64,000 nt of DNA from contig JAJPKC010000561.1 in the NCBI GenBank assembly GCA_021323955.1, positions 8,234-72,233 on the forward strand. Direction: 5' to 3'. The position numbers were made by a program, and so were the translations under genes. The notes below the pieces were generated by a model that was given only the letters and a program-made list of their open reading frames with translations, searched no databases and was not told the DNA's origin. Shown one piece after another: positions 45,977 through 56,242 of the stretch; within the stretch, counting starts at the first letter, position 1; every line of letters starts with the position of its first letter. Source of the DNA: Oscillatoriales cyanobacterium Centralia_MAG_596 (GTDB lineage Bacteria; Cyanobacteriota; Cyanobacteriia; Leptolyngbyales; Leptolyngbyaceae).

Positions 45977-48900
45977 CTAATAACTGGGCTGTGACCGTAA
46001 TGCATTGCCTGTTTGCCGATTCTGGTAGTCGGCATAGCTTTCAACCGGATCCGTCGCGTGGAAGGTCAGCGATTTGGGGTTGCCCATGTCCTGCCGCATT
46101 AGTTCAATCACCATGTCTAGGCGTTGAGTTACCGCCGAGGTCAGGCTATCAAAGAAAGAACCCAGTCGATCGCCCGTCGAACCTGATGCTTCGACCACAC
46201 CGCTGCTGCGATCAGGAGCGGGCGTACTGGGTTGTGGTGAGAACGACGATCGGGTATCGCGTAACCCCCGATCGTCGTTGTAGTATCCTCCACGACGAGC
46301 ATAGTTGCCCGACTGCACACCATAGTTAGTCTGCACGCCACCACCGTTCAGCACCTTGTCTGGGTCTAACCCTGCTTCAACTCGTTCAGTAGCTTGACTG
46401 ACGGTGAGGTTTTGTTGCTCCTGGGCAGTTTGAGCAAAGGCTGTGTCACGCTCGACGTCGAATTTAGCTCTGGCATTCGCCTCCAGCTCACCGATTGCAG
46501 CGACCCCTTCCTGCGCTCCAGCAGTGTTTTGCTTGGCTAAGTCATAAGCTTGAAGAGAAGAATCCAGGTTGTCTTTCGCTTCAGCAATTTTTTCAGGATC
46601 GCCATTCTGAATGGCTTTCTTGAGTTCTCCTGTGCTCTTGGTGAAATCCTTTTTCGCGTTCAACTCCGCAATTTGAGCCTCTCGATATGCCTGCTCTGCC
46701 TGCAAGCGATCGCGCTTGAGATCCAATTCTAGAAGCTGTTGTTTGATGGCATATTCGGTTTGCAGCGCTCTTTCTTTAATGGCGGCAAGGTTCTTTTCAG
46801 CCGCCTCCTTTTGGTCAAGTAACCGTTCCCGATCGGTATCATCGTCGCCAGAAGGTTGAAAGCCCTGGGCACGTAAAATCTTTCGATAACCTTCCTGTTT
46901 ATTTGGGTCCTGTTCCTGGGTCGATTTGTTGAAGAGATCCAGGATTTTCGATGCACTGTCCGCCGCACCTTGCGCGATTGTCTGGTTGTAAGCAGCGACC
47001 GCCTGCTGCAAATCACCCCGGCTCTGCGTTAATTTGCGAGTGATTTCAAGTGATTGGTTAATACGGTCGATCGCTGCCTTCTGGCGCTCGTAGCCACGAA
47101 TGGCCACATTGTCAGCGCGATTTTGGGCATTGACTTGCTTATCAATTTCGCGGTTGTAAATGTCCTGAAGCTGTTTCTGGCGCTGGATTTGGAGATCTAC
47201 AAGTTTGCCATTGCTCTCTGCTAACTGCTGGTTAAACTCCAGCAATTTTTGCGTTAGCTCTTTACCAGAAATTCGTTTTTCAGCGGCGGCTCGCTTATAG
47301 TCAACAATCTCCTTTTGCAATAGCTGAGAACGCTGCTGGGTGGCTCTTTCATCTACTCCGGTTTGTTCCAGATCAGCTTGCTTTTGGGCATCGTCGGTTA
47401 GCCCTGCTGCCAGGAATTTTCGCTTAACCGCAGTCGATTGGTTAGTTTCTGATAGTTGAATAGCGGCGGCGGCTTTTGCATTGGCTAACTCCAACCCTTC
47501 AATGATTCTACGGTTGGTCGCTTCCACCTTCTTTGCCAGTGCCTCCTCCACCGTCGCCGCCGCGTTAGCTTTTTCAACGCGCAGGTCTGCCAACTGTGTC
47601 GTCAACTCACGTTGGCGCTTGTTAAACTCTTCAGCGCTGAGCTGGTCTTTCTTGGCATTTAACTCCTCCAAGGACTGCTGCGTGTTGTCGGTCTTCTGAT
47701 CGATTGAAGTAGCTTGATTTTGAGCAGTCTTAATGCCAATGTCCGCTTCTGCTACTGCGGCATCTGACTCGCTGAAAAATTTGTTATTGGCCTTGTCTCG
47801 TGCCAGGTCAGCGCTGGCCTGACGCACTGGAACAGCACGGGCATCGTCATCCTGCTTGAGCTTCTGGTCGCGCTTCGTTGCATCGCGATCGAGCACAGCC
47901 AGTGTATTTGTTTGAACCTGATCCTGCACCTTCAAATCAGCTTCGTCCAAATTGACCTGCAAATCACCGCGCTTCTGTTGCAACTCCTTGAAGTTCAACA
48001 ATTGCTGGAGCAAGGTGCGTTTGGCCTTTCCAGAATCGTCTTGGGGTGTGGCTTCTAGCTCTTTTTTAATATCTTCAATCGAATTATCTTTACTGACGCC
48101 AAACCCCCTCAACGCGGCTTCGTTTTCAGGTCGATCAAGCAATGTCCCGCCATCTTTCAATGCCTTATCAGTACTGTCCAAATTTTGTTGGATACCCTGA
48201 CGGTCGGAAATTGCATTGCTGAGTGCGGCGCTGCGGGCCGCGTCCTCATCGGTACCAAACGTTTTGAGTTGACCCTTGAGAATGAAATCTTTCTGTTGAC
48301 TGACGAAAAGTTTCGTTGCACGTTCGGCACTCTCGATCGCTGCTGCCAAATTTCTGAAGCCGTCGGTCATACCCAAAATGGGATCGACCTTCAGTGACCC
48401 CAATTTTTCCTCAGCCTGATTCTTAAAGTCGGTGACGTCTTTGAGCGATTGCTGGAGCTGCTTACGCCGTTCCTCCGTTTGAGCTTTATTGCCAAAATGC
48501 CCTTCATTTTTGGGGTCATCCAGCTCTTTCAACTTTGACTTGTAAGCGTCGATCAGTTTATTAGCTGAGTTCAGGTCGTCAGTAAATGGCTTCGCTGCGT
48601 CACCGCGCTTGTCCACAAGGCTCTGAATGTTAGTGTTGGCATCCTGAAGCTGTTGTTGAAGCGCCGCCGGAATGGTCTTTCCTTTGCGGGTATAGTCTTG
48701 CTCCGCTTGGGCTTGCAGACTCTTACGCTGCTGTTCAGCATTCTGAAGCTGTTGATCAATCGCCTGTAAATCAGCCCCTTCTCCGGTTTTAGTGTCCAGG
48801 GTTGTGAGACGAGCACGACCTTTAGATAGGAGTTGACCTGTTTCACTGACTGATTTATCGATGTCACCACCGACGCGATCACGCTCCACATCGCCAAAGT

Positions 48901-51900
48901 TGCGGAAGGTCGTTTTACTGCCAACAAGCTTGGGATGATTTGGATCGCTGAAATCAATATTGCCGCGGGTCAAAACGTCTAATGGTCCTGCTAACGGCGC
49001 GGGCTTTTCGGCATCTTCTTTTGCCTCCTGCTTCGAGTTGTCCGGTTTTTCTGGTTGTCCGGGAAGTTTCACCTCTTTTGAGTTGTCAGCCGCCCGTTTG
49101 GCAGAATCGGCTAAGTCATCAAACGACTTCACCAACTCGGTGTTAATGGTTTCGGACAATAATCTGAAATATTCAATCAGCGCAAAAATGCCCACAGCAC
49201 CAATGACGGCTTTCGAGGTGTTGAGCGTTTGAAAGAACGATTGCAATCCTCCAATCGCAGTGCCAGTAGCTGCTTTGGTGAGAATTAAATCACCAATCAA
49301 TTTAAATAGTGCGGGTGCCGTTTGGACACCAATGGTGAGGGCGATCGCCGTTAGCCCTGCAATGATCTCAGGCGCGATCGCTGTCACTCCTTGCAGCACC
49401 GATGTGAGGATTTTGAATCCAACCACTGACCCTGGCTGCAACTCCTTACCAACAGTTTGCTGGAGGGTTAGGTAAGCGTTTTGAAATCTGAAAATCGCGC
49501 TCTGTGCATTGTCGCCAGCCGTTTTGGCTGCGTCACCAAATTCGGCTTGTAGCTGCTTTCCGAATCGGGGTAGAAAATCATCTGCCAGCAAAGAGCCCGT
49601 TTCGAGCATCTTGTTCAACTGGGCCTCGGTGACCCCCATTGCTCGTGCTGCAATGCCTAATGCTCCGGGAATGCGTTCACCTAATTGCCCCCGTAGCTCC
49701 TCAGCCTGGACGGAGCCTTTGGACGCAATTTGGGTCAGCGCTGACAAGGAACCACCTGTCTGTTCAGCGGATAGCCCCAACACAGTGGAAGCTTGCTCAA
49801 TCCCTAAAAAGACATCTTTGGTCGTTTTGCCCGCTGCGGCTGTGCCCCGTGTTGCCGCCGAGAGTTGGCTAAAACCTTCAATAGATGATTCTAATGGCGT
49901 CCCCAAGTCCGCCACTGTCTTGCGAACAAACTCCAGACTCTGAGTGCCCTGGCTAGCACCCCCCACAGAAAAATCGAGCGCTGTTTTGAGGTTGTCCAAC
50001 TTGATGGATGCGTTGATTGCATCGGCGGATAGCCCCTGGAAAAGCTGCTGGATTGAACCAATAACCTGGAAGCCGATCGACTGCACTAATTGCAGCCCCA
50101 CAAATCCAGCCAAAAATCCAGCGGTAGCCCCTTTTGCTTTCTCTAAAAGGTTAGATAGGGTTGCTAAACCACCGGGATTAGTAGGTGCCGGACGATCGAG
50201 CAGTGCATAGACACTCCGCAACTCCTTGCTGAACCCTTGCAGTGCCGAAATATCTTTGCTGGTCACTTGTGCAGCAGGTTTTGCCAGAATGGCTTCCGAA
50301 CCAGCAATGGCTCGTTCAGTGCGATCGCCTGCTTTTCGTAGCCGCGTTTCCTGGGTTCTGTCGCCCGATCCTTTTGCAACCGCCTGGCCGGTACGGATAT
50401 CGTTCAACAGGCTCTTGCTTTCAACAGCCAGCGCTTCAGCATCCTTTGCAACAGCGGCGCGAATATCAGCCTGAACACCTTTCAAGACATTTCGTAAGGT
50501 GCTAAACACACCCTTGAAGTCATCACCGGCGATCGGGTCTTCAATGCGTGTTAAGCCTGGATCAGCCGCTTCCCCGGTTTGGCGCTCTAACTCAAAGGCG
50601 CGACGTTTGTTTGCTCGCAGATCTTGCTGGTTTTCGCCAATGACTTGCTGCGACTTTGCCTGGGTGCCGTCATTAATCGCCCGGTCTGCCAGTAGCCCAA
50701 AGTCAGGTCGAGCAGCGGTCTTAGCGGCAATACGTTGCCCGATCTCCAGCAGCTCCTGATTGGCGCGAGTCATCTCCGCATCAAACGTTTCGTTGATGAT
50801 CTCCCCACGTTCTTCTAGCAGTCGTTCAACGGTTTGGTTGAGCTGATTGAGTGCCCGAATCTCCTGTTTGCCTGCATGTCCGGCGTAGTCTTTATCGCTG
50901 GAGAGCGCCAGGGCTAGATTGTCAATCGTGTCTCCAAGTTGCTTCTCCAACTGCGAAAGCAACTGTCGAGATTTGCTGGTAAGAGTGCGTTTTAGCCCAG
51001 TTGCACCGCCAACCAGATTGGCCGACTCTAAATCTTCGCCGCTTGCCTTCGCTTCATCGTCCTCTCCCAACCGGCCCTGGATGCGTTGCCGCAATTTGCT
51101 CAATTGAGGAACGGCTGCCAGTGCAACTGCTGCTCCTTTGAGCGGCACCCCGCCCAACCCTGGAATAGCACCCAATGCTGCGGCTGAAGCGTTCCCGATC
51201 GCAAATCCAGCCAGGTCGCCGAACAACTCATCCCCCTGCCCGTGCTGTCCTCCTGAAAGGACATGCCGTGCCGTGATCGCCCCAATCAAATCGCCTGCGG
51301 CTCCACCAACTGCCCCACCAAAGTGGTTGCCTGCTACCGATGCCGCAAAGCCTGCCGTATTGACCAGCAAATCTCGCCCTTTGGGAGTGTTCGCGGCTTT
51401 TTGCAGTGTGGCCGGCAACGTTGCCTCTGGTTCAATTTCAGCAAAGCGAGCAACCTCGCGTCCGATAGTTTCGGCGAGGCTGTGTTGTGCCTGATTAAAT
51501 CGCTCGATCGCAGCACTCAGTTCGCGGTTGACCGCTTGCCCACCTTCACGCAGCGATGCCAGCAAGTTGGCTGCATTCAGGTCATCGCCTGCGGAAACAT
51601 CGACGACTGTAGCGTTAACGGTTTGAAAGTTTCGTGAAGTGCTGCCCTGACGTTGGGTCTGCTGAATTTGTTGGCGTGCCACGTCACGTGCTTCTGCCCT
51701 GGGTGCTTCCGACTTTTGAATCGCCTGTGTCCGAAAACCTGAGAGCTGTTGGGCAGTCCTGCCTTCAATCTGGTATTGCTTGAATGCGTCTTCAATTGCG
51801 GCAACCTGTTGATCCGAAGCCGTTGCTAGTGCTTGAGCGATCGCAACGCGTTCCTGTCCCTGCGCCGCCTGGAACTGTTTGTAAAGCTGCTTGATCTTGT

Positions 51901-54900
51901 CATTCGACTTTTGAATCGCCGTGAGCGCTGAGGCTGGCAATGTTGGCACAGCCGCGCTTTTAGCCCCATCTTGAAACGCTTTGAGTTTCGCACTGTCACC
52001 AACTTCAGCTAATACCTTGTCGATCGACACGCCAAAGTCAGTAAACGCTAACTCGCGCGCCAGGTCTTCTTTCTTCAGGCTCCTCGCCCGTGAACTGGTA
52101 ATACCAACGCGCTTGGCAATCTCGCGCAAACCAGCGGCGGAATACTGGCTATTGAGTTCTTCAAACCGCTGTTCTTTGCCGCTGGGACTCGATACGACTT
52201 CAACTTGAGGGCTTTGAGCTGATGCAGGCGACGGCGGCAACGCGGTAATGGCGCTCTCAGGTGTGTTAGCCGGTGCTGGAGGAAGTGCTTTTGCCTGGGT
52301 TGGAGGAAGTGCTGCTAAATTGTTAACCGCTTGCGCTGCGCCACCCAATGTGCGACCCGCAGCCGTTTGAATGACTTTGCCACCCAGCAGGGCCGCACCA
52401 GCCTGAGCCACTCCGGCTGAGGCCGCGTTAACGGCACTATCAATCGCCCCTGTCAGCGCTGTGGTAATGCCGTTCGCCAATCCAAACGCATTAGGCACAT
52501 GACCTGCGATCGCTGACGTTGCTGCGTCGGTTGCCCCTGCACCGGCTGCATGGAGTAACGGCGATGCCACTCCGCCAACGACATGACTCAGCCCTGCTGC
52601 GACACTCGCACCACCGGGAAGTAATGCCGTTGCGCCCGCAAACAAGGCGGCAGGCACAACCGTTTGTTGGGCGATCGCTTTGATTGCTCGTCCGGCTGGA
52701 ACAAGATCCAGCGCCAGGGCTTCCATGCCGGACGCAACGGTATAACCCACCTTCCCAACAGCCAATAGCGCCTTGCCTGCGGTTCCTGCTGCCTGTACTG
52801 CATTTTGCACAGGTGCAGAGGTTGCTATGTCCTGGACTTTGCTGGCTGTCGCGCCTGCCAGTTCAACGGCTCCTCTGGCAACGCCCCCGGCTGTTTGAGC
52901 CAGTGCCGCACGTTGTTCCTGCCGCTCTAATTGCTGCTGTGCTTTGGTTCTAGTCAGTTCAAAAACTTTTGGCTCTAACTGCCTGGGGTCAGCGGTTGTC
53001 GTTAGCTGCTGAATTAGCTCCTTTTTCTTAAGAGAGCCAGCATCTTGGACGCCAAATTGCTCCGCCAGTGGCGTTAGCTCTTTCTTACTAAATTGCTTGA
53101 GCAGTCCAGCAAGTTCCTGCTGCCGCTCTTGGAGTGCGTCTTCAGGAGCGATCGCCTGCACGCGTTGAATCTCGCTTCGCACCTGGTCGAAGATGTGGCT
53201 GAGGGAACCGATCGCCTGGTTCATTTCTTCCTGCAATGCAGCAACTTCTTCGCGAGTTGCCGTGCCTGCCGATTGGGCCGCTCTTTGAGAAATTGATTCG
53301 ATCTCGGTGAGCGACTCTTTGTAGCTGTCGATGAACTGGCCGATTGCCTCATCCGATTCCACAAATCGCTTTGAGGCTTCTTGTTTAAGGGTGATCAGTG
53401 CGTCTTTGAAAACCGCCTTGCGTGCAGGAGCCGTAAACTTCTCACCCTGAACTGCCACATCGCTGGCATCGCTGATTGCTTGCAGCCGATCCTGCCGTTG
53501 CAGGTAATCTTCGGCCCCCCTTGCGCCCTTGACTTTGGCGTTTAGCTCTGCCTCTCGTTTTTCGGGTGCATACCGCCCTAGCTCTGGTGCAAACCTGGTT
53601 GCTTCTTCGGCTGTAGGAGTAACTTTGCGCCCGATCGGACGGCTATCTTTCGCTGCCTGGATGCCCTTGAAAGACCCAAAATCGAAGTCTTCAGCGTGGG
53701 CAATCTCTTCCCCTAATACCTCTGCCTGTTGCTGCGTTAGGGATGCGCTTTTGACCGCCTCATAAATTTTGTTGGTCGTGATGATGGCATTTTCAGCCGG
53801 GACGTAAAGTGACCCTGCGCCAACGGCTTTAAGCCGCGCTTCGTCAACAACTAATTTGGGCAGTTTGTCAGCATCAAAGGCTTCACCAAGCGTGCTTTGA
53901 GCCAGTTCGGCGTAAGCCCTGGACTGTTGCTGCGGGCTAACCTGATCGAGTTGTTGTCGTGCGGCAAGGCGTTTCTGCTTTGCCTCTTGCACGGCATTGG
54001 TGGCAATATCCCGTGCCTGTACCAGTGCAGTGAGGGACTGCGATAGCTGCTGAAAGTCCTGTGCTGTGGCATTAAGTTGAGCGGCTAATGGTTCAATGTC
54101 TGCAACCTTAGCCCCGCCTGCCTCCGCTTTCTGAATGGCGATCGCGAGCTGCTCGTATTGTTGCCCTACTTCTGCAACCTCTCGCTGTCTGACGGCAATC
54201 TGCTGTTCTAATGTGGCTTTGCTCTGTGTAGCGCGAGCTTCGACACTTTTGCTGGTGGCGATCGATTCACGAAATTCGGTAACTGCTTCCTCTCTCAAGA
54301 CAGGAGTTTTGGCTTGCTCCGTCTGCCTACGCTGCCCCCGCTGGAATAATCCTTCCCGATTGATATTGTCTTGACCGATCGTCCCTTGAACGGCTTGCCC
54401 AACTTGCCCAGGCAGCTCAACCACTGACTGAAGCTGTTCTCGCAGTTTGGTTCGTAGTTTGCCGTCCTGAATTTTGTCGATCTGCTGTTCCAGTACCTGA
54501 GCCAGGTTCTGAGTTTGAGTTTGAAACTCCTGCACTACGGCAGAACCGATTGCACCCCCAACCTTCTCCCCCAACAGTTCGGAACTGCCAACGCTCTTAG
54601 ACAGTGCTCCTTCCAGTGCGGTAGACAGTCCCTTACCCAAATTCCGCGAGACTTCCTGGGTGGCTCCTAGCGTTAGACCACTCAAGGTAGTGCTCAAAGC
54701 GCCGCCTGCCAGCTTGAGCGGAGCCGTCAGCACACTGCCTAATCCACTGAGTAATCCTCCACCCTTAACCCGCTGAAATGCTCGTTCAACGCTGTTACCC
54801 AGCGAGTCTTCAATGCCCTTCGTGTCAATCTCAACCTTTTGGGTCAGAGCTGCTAAGGGTTGGGCATTGGCGTAGCGGAGAACCACTGGCACATCTAAGG

Positions 54901-55447
54901 TGCCGATCTGCGATCGCAGATCGGCGACATTGACCTGTGCGTCAATGGTGACTTTATAGCTACTGGTCTGGAACGATTGCAGCCGTCGCTCCAGGGCGTC
55001 TAGTTGCTGAAAATCAACTCGCGGTGTTAGCGGGGAGCTTTTGAAATAGGCATTGACTTGAGCAAAGTGCCTTTGCTTGAGGTCTAAATGTTTGTTGAGG
55101 GCCGTGAGCTGGCTATCATCAACCAGCGCCGACAGCTTTAGAGTCCGTTCCCCTGCAAAGCGTTTGAGTTGCTGTTCCGCTGCGGCCGTATCCAGTCTGG
55201 CGGTGACAACAACTGTGGCACTGAATGCCTGCAACTGTTTCTCTAGGGCGCTAGTATCGGCACGTAGCCCTACAGTGAGTGGATTAAGAGCGATTCCCTT
55301 AAGCTGGCGTTCAAGTTGCTGAAGGTTGAGATTCACCCCCAACGCGATCGGCTTCAGCGCTAGCGTCTCTAGATCGCGCAGATCACGATTGAATCGACTC
55401 CGATCTAACTGCAACTCAATCGCAGCACTGCCAACGACTTCACTCAT
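45977..55447 (-). CDS. tape measure protein, multidomain (3156 aa)
   Basis: Tape-measure domain IKLDNLKTAL..GSVQAEELRGQLGERIPGALGIAARAMGVTEAQLNKMLETG; N-terminal VGSAAIELQLDRSRF; long coiled coils. Confidence 0.92.
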   Translation of the reverse strand: MSEVVGSAAIELQLDRSRFNRDLRDLETLALKPIALGVNLNLQQLERQLKGIALNPLTVGLRADTSALEKQLQAFSATVVVTARLDTAAAEQQLKRFAGERTLKLSALVDDSQLTALNKHLDLKQRHFAQVNAYFKSSPLTPRVDFQQLDALERRLQSFQTSSYKVTIDAQVNVADLRSQIGTLDVPVVLRYANAQPLAALTQKVEIDTKGIEDSLGNSVERAFQRVKGGGLLSGLGSVLTAPLKLAGGALSTTLSGLTLGATQEVSRNLGKGLSTALEGALSKSVGSSELLGEKVGGAIGSAVVQEFQTQTQNLAQVLEQQIDKIQDGKLRTKLREQLQSVVELPGQVGQAVQGTIGQDNINREGLFQRGQRRQTEQAKTPVLREEAVTEFRESIATSKSVEARATQSKATLEQQIAVRQREVAEVGQQYEQLAIAIQKAEAGGAKVADIEPLAAQLNATAQDFQQLSQSLTALVQARDIATNAVQEAKQKRLAARQQLDQVSPQQQSRAYAELAQSTLGEAFDADKLPKLVVDEARLKAVGAGSLYVPAENAIITTNKIYEAVKSASLTQQQAEVLGEEIAHAEDFDFGSFKGIQAAKDSRPIGRKVTPTAEEATRFAPELGRYAPEKREAELNAKVKGARGAEDYLQRQDRLQAISDASDVAVQGEKFTAPARKAVFKDALITLKQEASKRFVESDEAIGQFIDSYKESLTEIESISQRAAQSAGTATREEVAALQEEMNQAIGSLSHIFDQVRSEIQRVQAIAPEDALQERQQELAGLLKQFSKKELTPLAEQFGVQDAGSLKKKELIQQLTTTADPRQLEPKVFELTRTKAQQQLERQEQRAALAQTAGGVARGAVELAGATASKVQDIATSAPVQNAVQAAGTAGKALLAVGKVGYTVASGMEALALDLVPAGRAIKAIAQQTVVPAALFAGATALLPGGASVAAGLSHVVGGVASPLLHAAGAGATDAATSAIAGHVPNAFGLANGITTALTGAIDSAVNAASAGVAQAGAALLGGKVIQTAAGRTLGGAAQAVNNLAALPPTQAKALPPAPANTPESAITALPPSPASAQSPQVEVVSSPSGKEQRFEELNSQYSAAGLREIAKRVGITSSRARSLKKEDLARELAFTDFGVSIDKVLAEVGDSAKLKAFQDGAKSAAVPTLPASALTAIQKSNDKIKQLYKQFQAAQGQERVAIAQALATASDQQVAAIEDAFKQYQIEGRTAQQLSGFRTQAIQKSEAPRAEARDVARQQIQQTQRQGSTSRNFQTVNATVVDVSAGDDLNAANLLASLREGGQAVNRELSAAIERFNQAQHSLAETIGREVARFAEIEPEATLPATLQKAANTPKGRDLLVNTAGFAASVAGNHFGGAVGGAAGDLIGAITARHVLSGGQHGQGDELFGDLAGFAIGNASAAALGAIPGLGGVPLKGAAVALAAVPQLSKLRQRIQGRLGEDDEAKASGEDLESANLVGGATGLKRTLTSKSRQLLSQLEKQLGDTIDNLALALSSDKDYAGHAGKQEIRALNQLNQTVERLLEERGEIINETFDAEMTRANQELLEIGQRIAAKTAARPDFGLLADRAINDGTQAKSQQVIGENQQDLRANKRRAFELERQTGEAADPGLTRIEDPIAGDDFKGVFSTLRNVLKGVQADIRAAVAKDAEALAVESKSLLNDIRTGQAVAKGSGDRTQETRLRKAGDRTERAIAGSEAILAKPAAQVTSKDISALQGFSKELRSVYALLDRPAPTNPGGLATLSNLLEKAKGATAGFLAGFVGLQLVQSIGFQVIGSIQQLFQGLSADAINASIKLDNLKTALDFSVGGASQGTQSLEFVRKTVADLGTPLESSIEGFSQLSAATRGTAAAGKTTKDVFLGIEQASTVLGLSAEQTGGSLSALTQIASKGSVQAEELRGQLGERIPGALGIAARAMGVTEAQLNKMLETGSLLADDFLPRFGKQLQAEFGDAAKTAGDNAQSAIFRFQNAYLTLQQTVGKELQPGSVVGFKILTSVLQGVTAIAPEIIAGLTAIALTIGVQTAPALFKLIGDLILTKAATGTAIGGLQSFFQTLNTSKAVIGAVGIFALIEYFRLLSETINTELVKSFDDLADSAKRAADNSKEVKLPGQPEKPDNSKQEAKEDAEKPAPLAGPLDVLTRGNIDFSDPNHPKLVGSKTTFRNFGDVERDRVGGDIDKSVSETGQLLSKGRARLTTLDTKTGEGADLQAIDQQLQNAEQQRKSLQAQAEQDYTRKGKTIPAALQQQLQDANTNIQSLVDKRGDAAKPFTDDLNSANKLIDAYKSKLKELDDPKNEGHFGNKAQTEERRKQLQQSLKDVTDFKNQAEEKLGSLKVDPILGMTDGFRNLAAAIESAERATKLFVSQQKDFILKGQLKTFGTDEDAARSAALSNAISDRQGIQQNLDSTDKALKDGGTLLDRPENEAALRGFGVSKDNSIEDIKKELEATPQDDSGKAKRTLLQQLLNFKELQQKRGDLQVNLDEADLKVQDQVQTNTLAVLDRDATKRDQKLKQDDDARAVPVRQASADLARDKANNKFFSESDAAVAEADIGIKTAQNQATSIDQKTDNTQQSLEELNAKKDQLSAEEFNKRQRELTTQLADLRVEKANAAATVEEALAKKVEATNRRIIEGLELANAKAAAAIQLSETNQSTAVKRKFLAAGLTDDAQKQADLEQTGVDERATQQRSQLLQKEIVDYKRAAAEKRISGKELTQKLLEFNQQLAESNGKLVDLQIQRQKQLQDIYNREIDKQVNAQNRADNVAIRGYERQKAAIDRINQSLEITRKLTQSRGDLQQAVAAYNQTIAQGAADSASKILDLFNKSTQEQDPNKQEGYRKILRAQGFQPSGDDDTDRERLLDQKEAAEKNLAAIKERALQTEYAIKQQLLELDLKRDRLQAEQAYREAQIAELNAKKDFTKSTGELKKAIQNGDPEKIAEAKDNLDSSLQAYDLAKQNTAGAQEGVAAIGELEANARAKFDVERDTAFAQTAQEQQNLTVSQATERVEAGLDPDKVLNGGGVQTNYGVQSGNYARRGGYYNDDRGLRDTRSSFSPQPSTPAPDRSSGVVEASGSTGDRLGSFFDSLTSAVTQRLDMVIELMRQDMGNPKSLTFHATDPVESYADYQNRQTGNALRSQPSY

Positions 55448-55473
55448 CCCGAACGCCCAAAACCGTGCAGAGT

Positions 55474-55484
55474 AGAGTTCCTAC
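55474..55484 (-). promoter_or_regulatory. putative late promoter of the tape measure gene
   Basis: TTTGTAGGAACTCT; shares TTTGTAGGAA with the pilin promoter. Confidence 0.55.
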
Positions 55485-55534
55485 AAAGAGGCAACTGGGC
55501 AAATTAAGTAGGAACGCAAGGAGGGCAAATTGTA

Positions 55535-55798
55535 GTGAACGGATCTTCTGTACCCAAGTCGATTCAGCGTCTTCGAATTGGGCTAATTATTGGCTTTGTG
55601 CTGCTGACGTTTAGCAGTTGTGGTTATTGGGTCGGTCGTCCCTGGACGTGCGGGCAAGCAAAAGACATGCTGAAAGCAGAAGAAGCAGATACGCCTCGAT
55701 TTGACAGCTCCGACGTAGCCGCAACCGTCACCAAAACACAATCCCACGTTTATGCGCTCCAGGACGCGCACGCAAATGTTGAACGACTGTGTTATTGA
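55535..55798 (+). CDS. small membrane protein
   Basis: One TM helix; GTAGGAACGC upstream. Confidence 0.55.
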   Translation: MNGSSVPKSIQRLRIGLIIGFVLLTFSSCGYWVGRPWTCGQAKDMLKAEEADTPRFDSSDVAATVTKTQSHVYALQDAHANVERLCY

Positions 55799-55875
55799 TC
55801 TGACTTCACCGTAAGCAATCGTTTCAAAGTGCCACGTACTGCCTAAAATCAAGGCTGTAGCGTTCTAGAGTTGAT

Positions 55876-56166
55876 ATGAACAAAGCTGAATTAGTTGATG
55901 CGATCGTGGCAAAGGCTTCGGTTACCAAAAAGCAAGCAGACGAAATTCTCAGCGCAGCCGTCGATGCCATCATCGAAACGGTGTCAACTGGGGACAAAGT
56001 GACCTTGGTGGGTTTCGGTACGTTTGAATCTAGAGAGCGGCAGGCACGGGAGGGACGTAATCCCTCTACCGGGAAACCGATTCAAATCCCAGCAACCAAG
56101 GTGCCAGCTTTTTCTGCTGGCAAGCTGTTTAAAGAGAAAGTCGCACCAACCAAAGCATCAGTTTAA
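55876..56166 (+). CDS. hup: histone-like DNA-binding protein HU
   Basis: MNKAELVDAI..VTLVGFGTFE..REGRNPSTG..IPA.KVPAFSAGKLFKEKV. Confidence 0.95.
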   Translation: MNKAELVDAIVAKASVTKKQADEILSAAVDAIIETVSTGDKVTLVGFGTFESRERQAREGRNPSTGKPIQIPATKVPAFSAGKLFKEKVAPTKASV

Positions 56167-56170
56167 ACCG

Positions 56171-56222
56171 CAAGCATTCAAGTATTCAGACAGTCTTGAA
56201 TGCTTGAATGCTTGAATGCAAG
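56171..56222. repeat. ATTCAAGC octamer array downstream of the par operon (centromere-like)
   Basis: caagc ATTCAAGT attcaga facing TCTTGAAT GCTTGAAT GCTTGAAT. Confidence 0.85.
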
Positions 56223-56242
56223 GTTGCTTATATGCTTGGATA

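Noticed and set aside
52050-53100. Rho termination factor gene
   Set aside because: Only short Rho-N/HeH-like segments within the tape-measure ORF; no RNA-binding or ATPase domain
46141-55322. Many short antisense ORFs over the tape measure and other long genes
   Set aside because: Shadow ORFs without SD sequences or recognisable motifs
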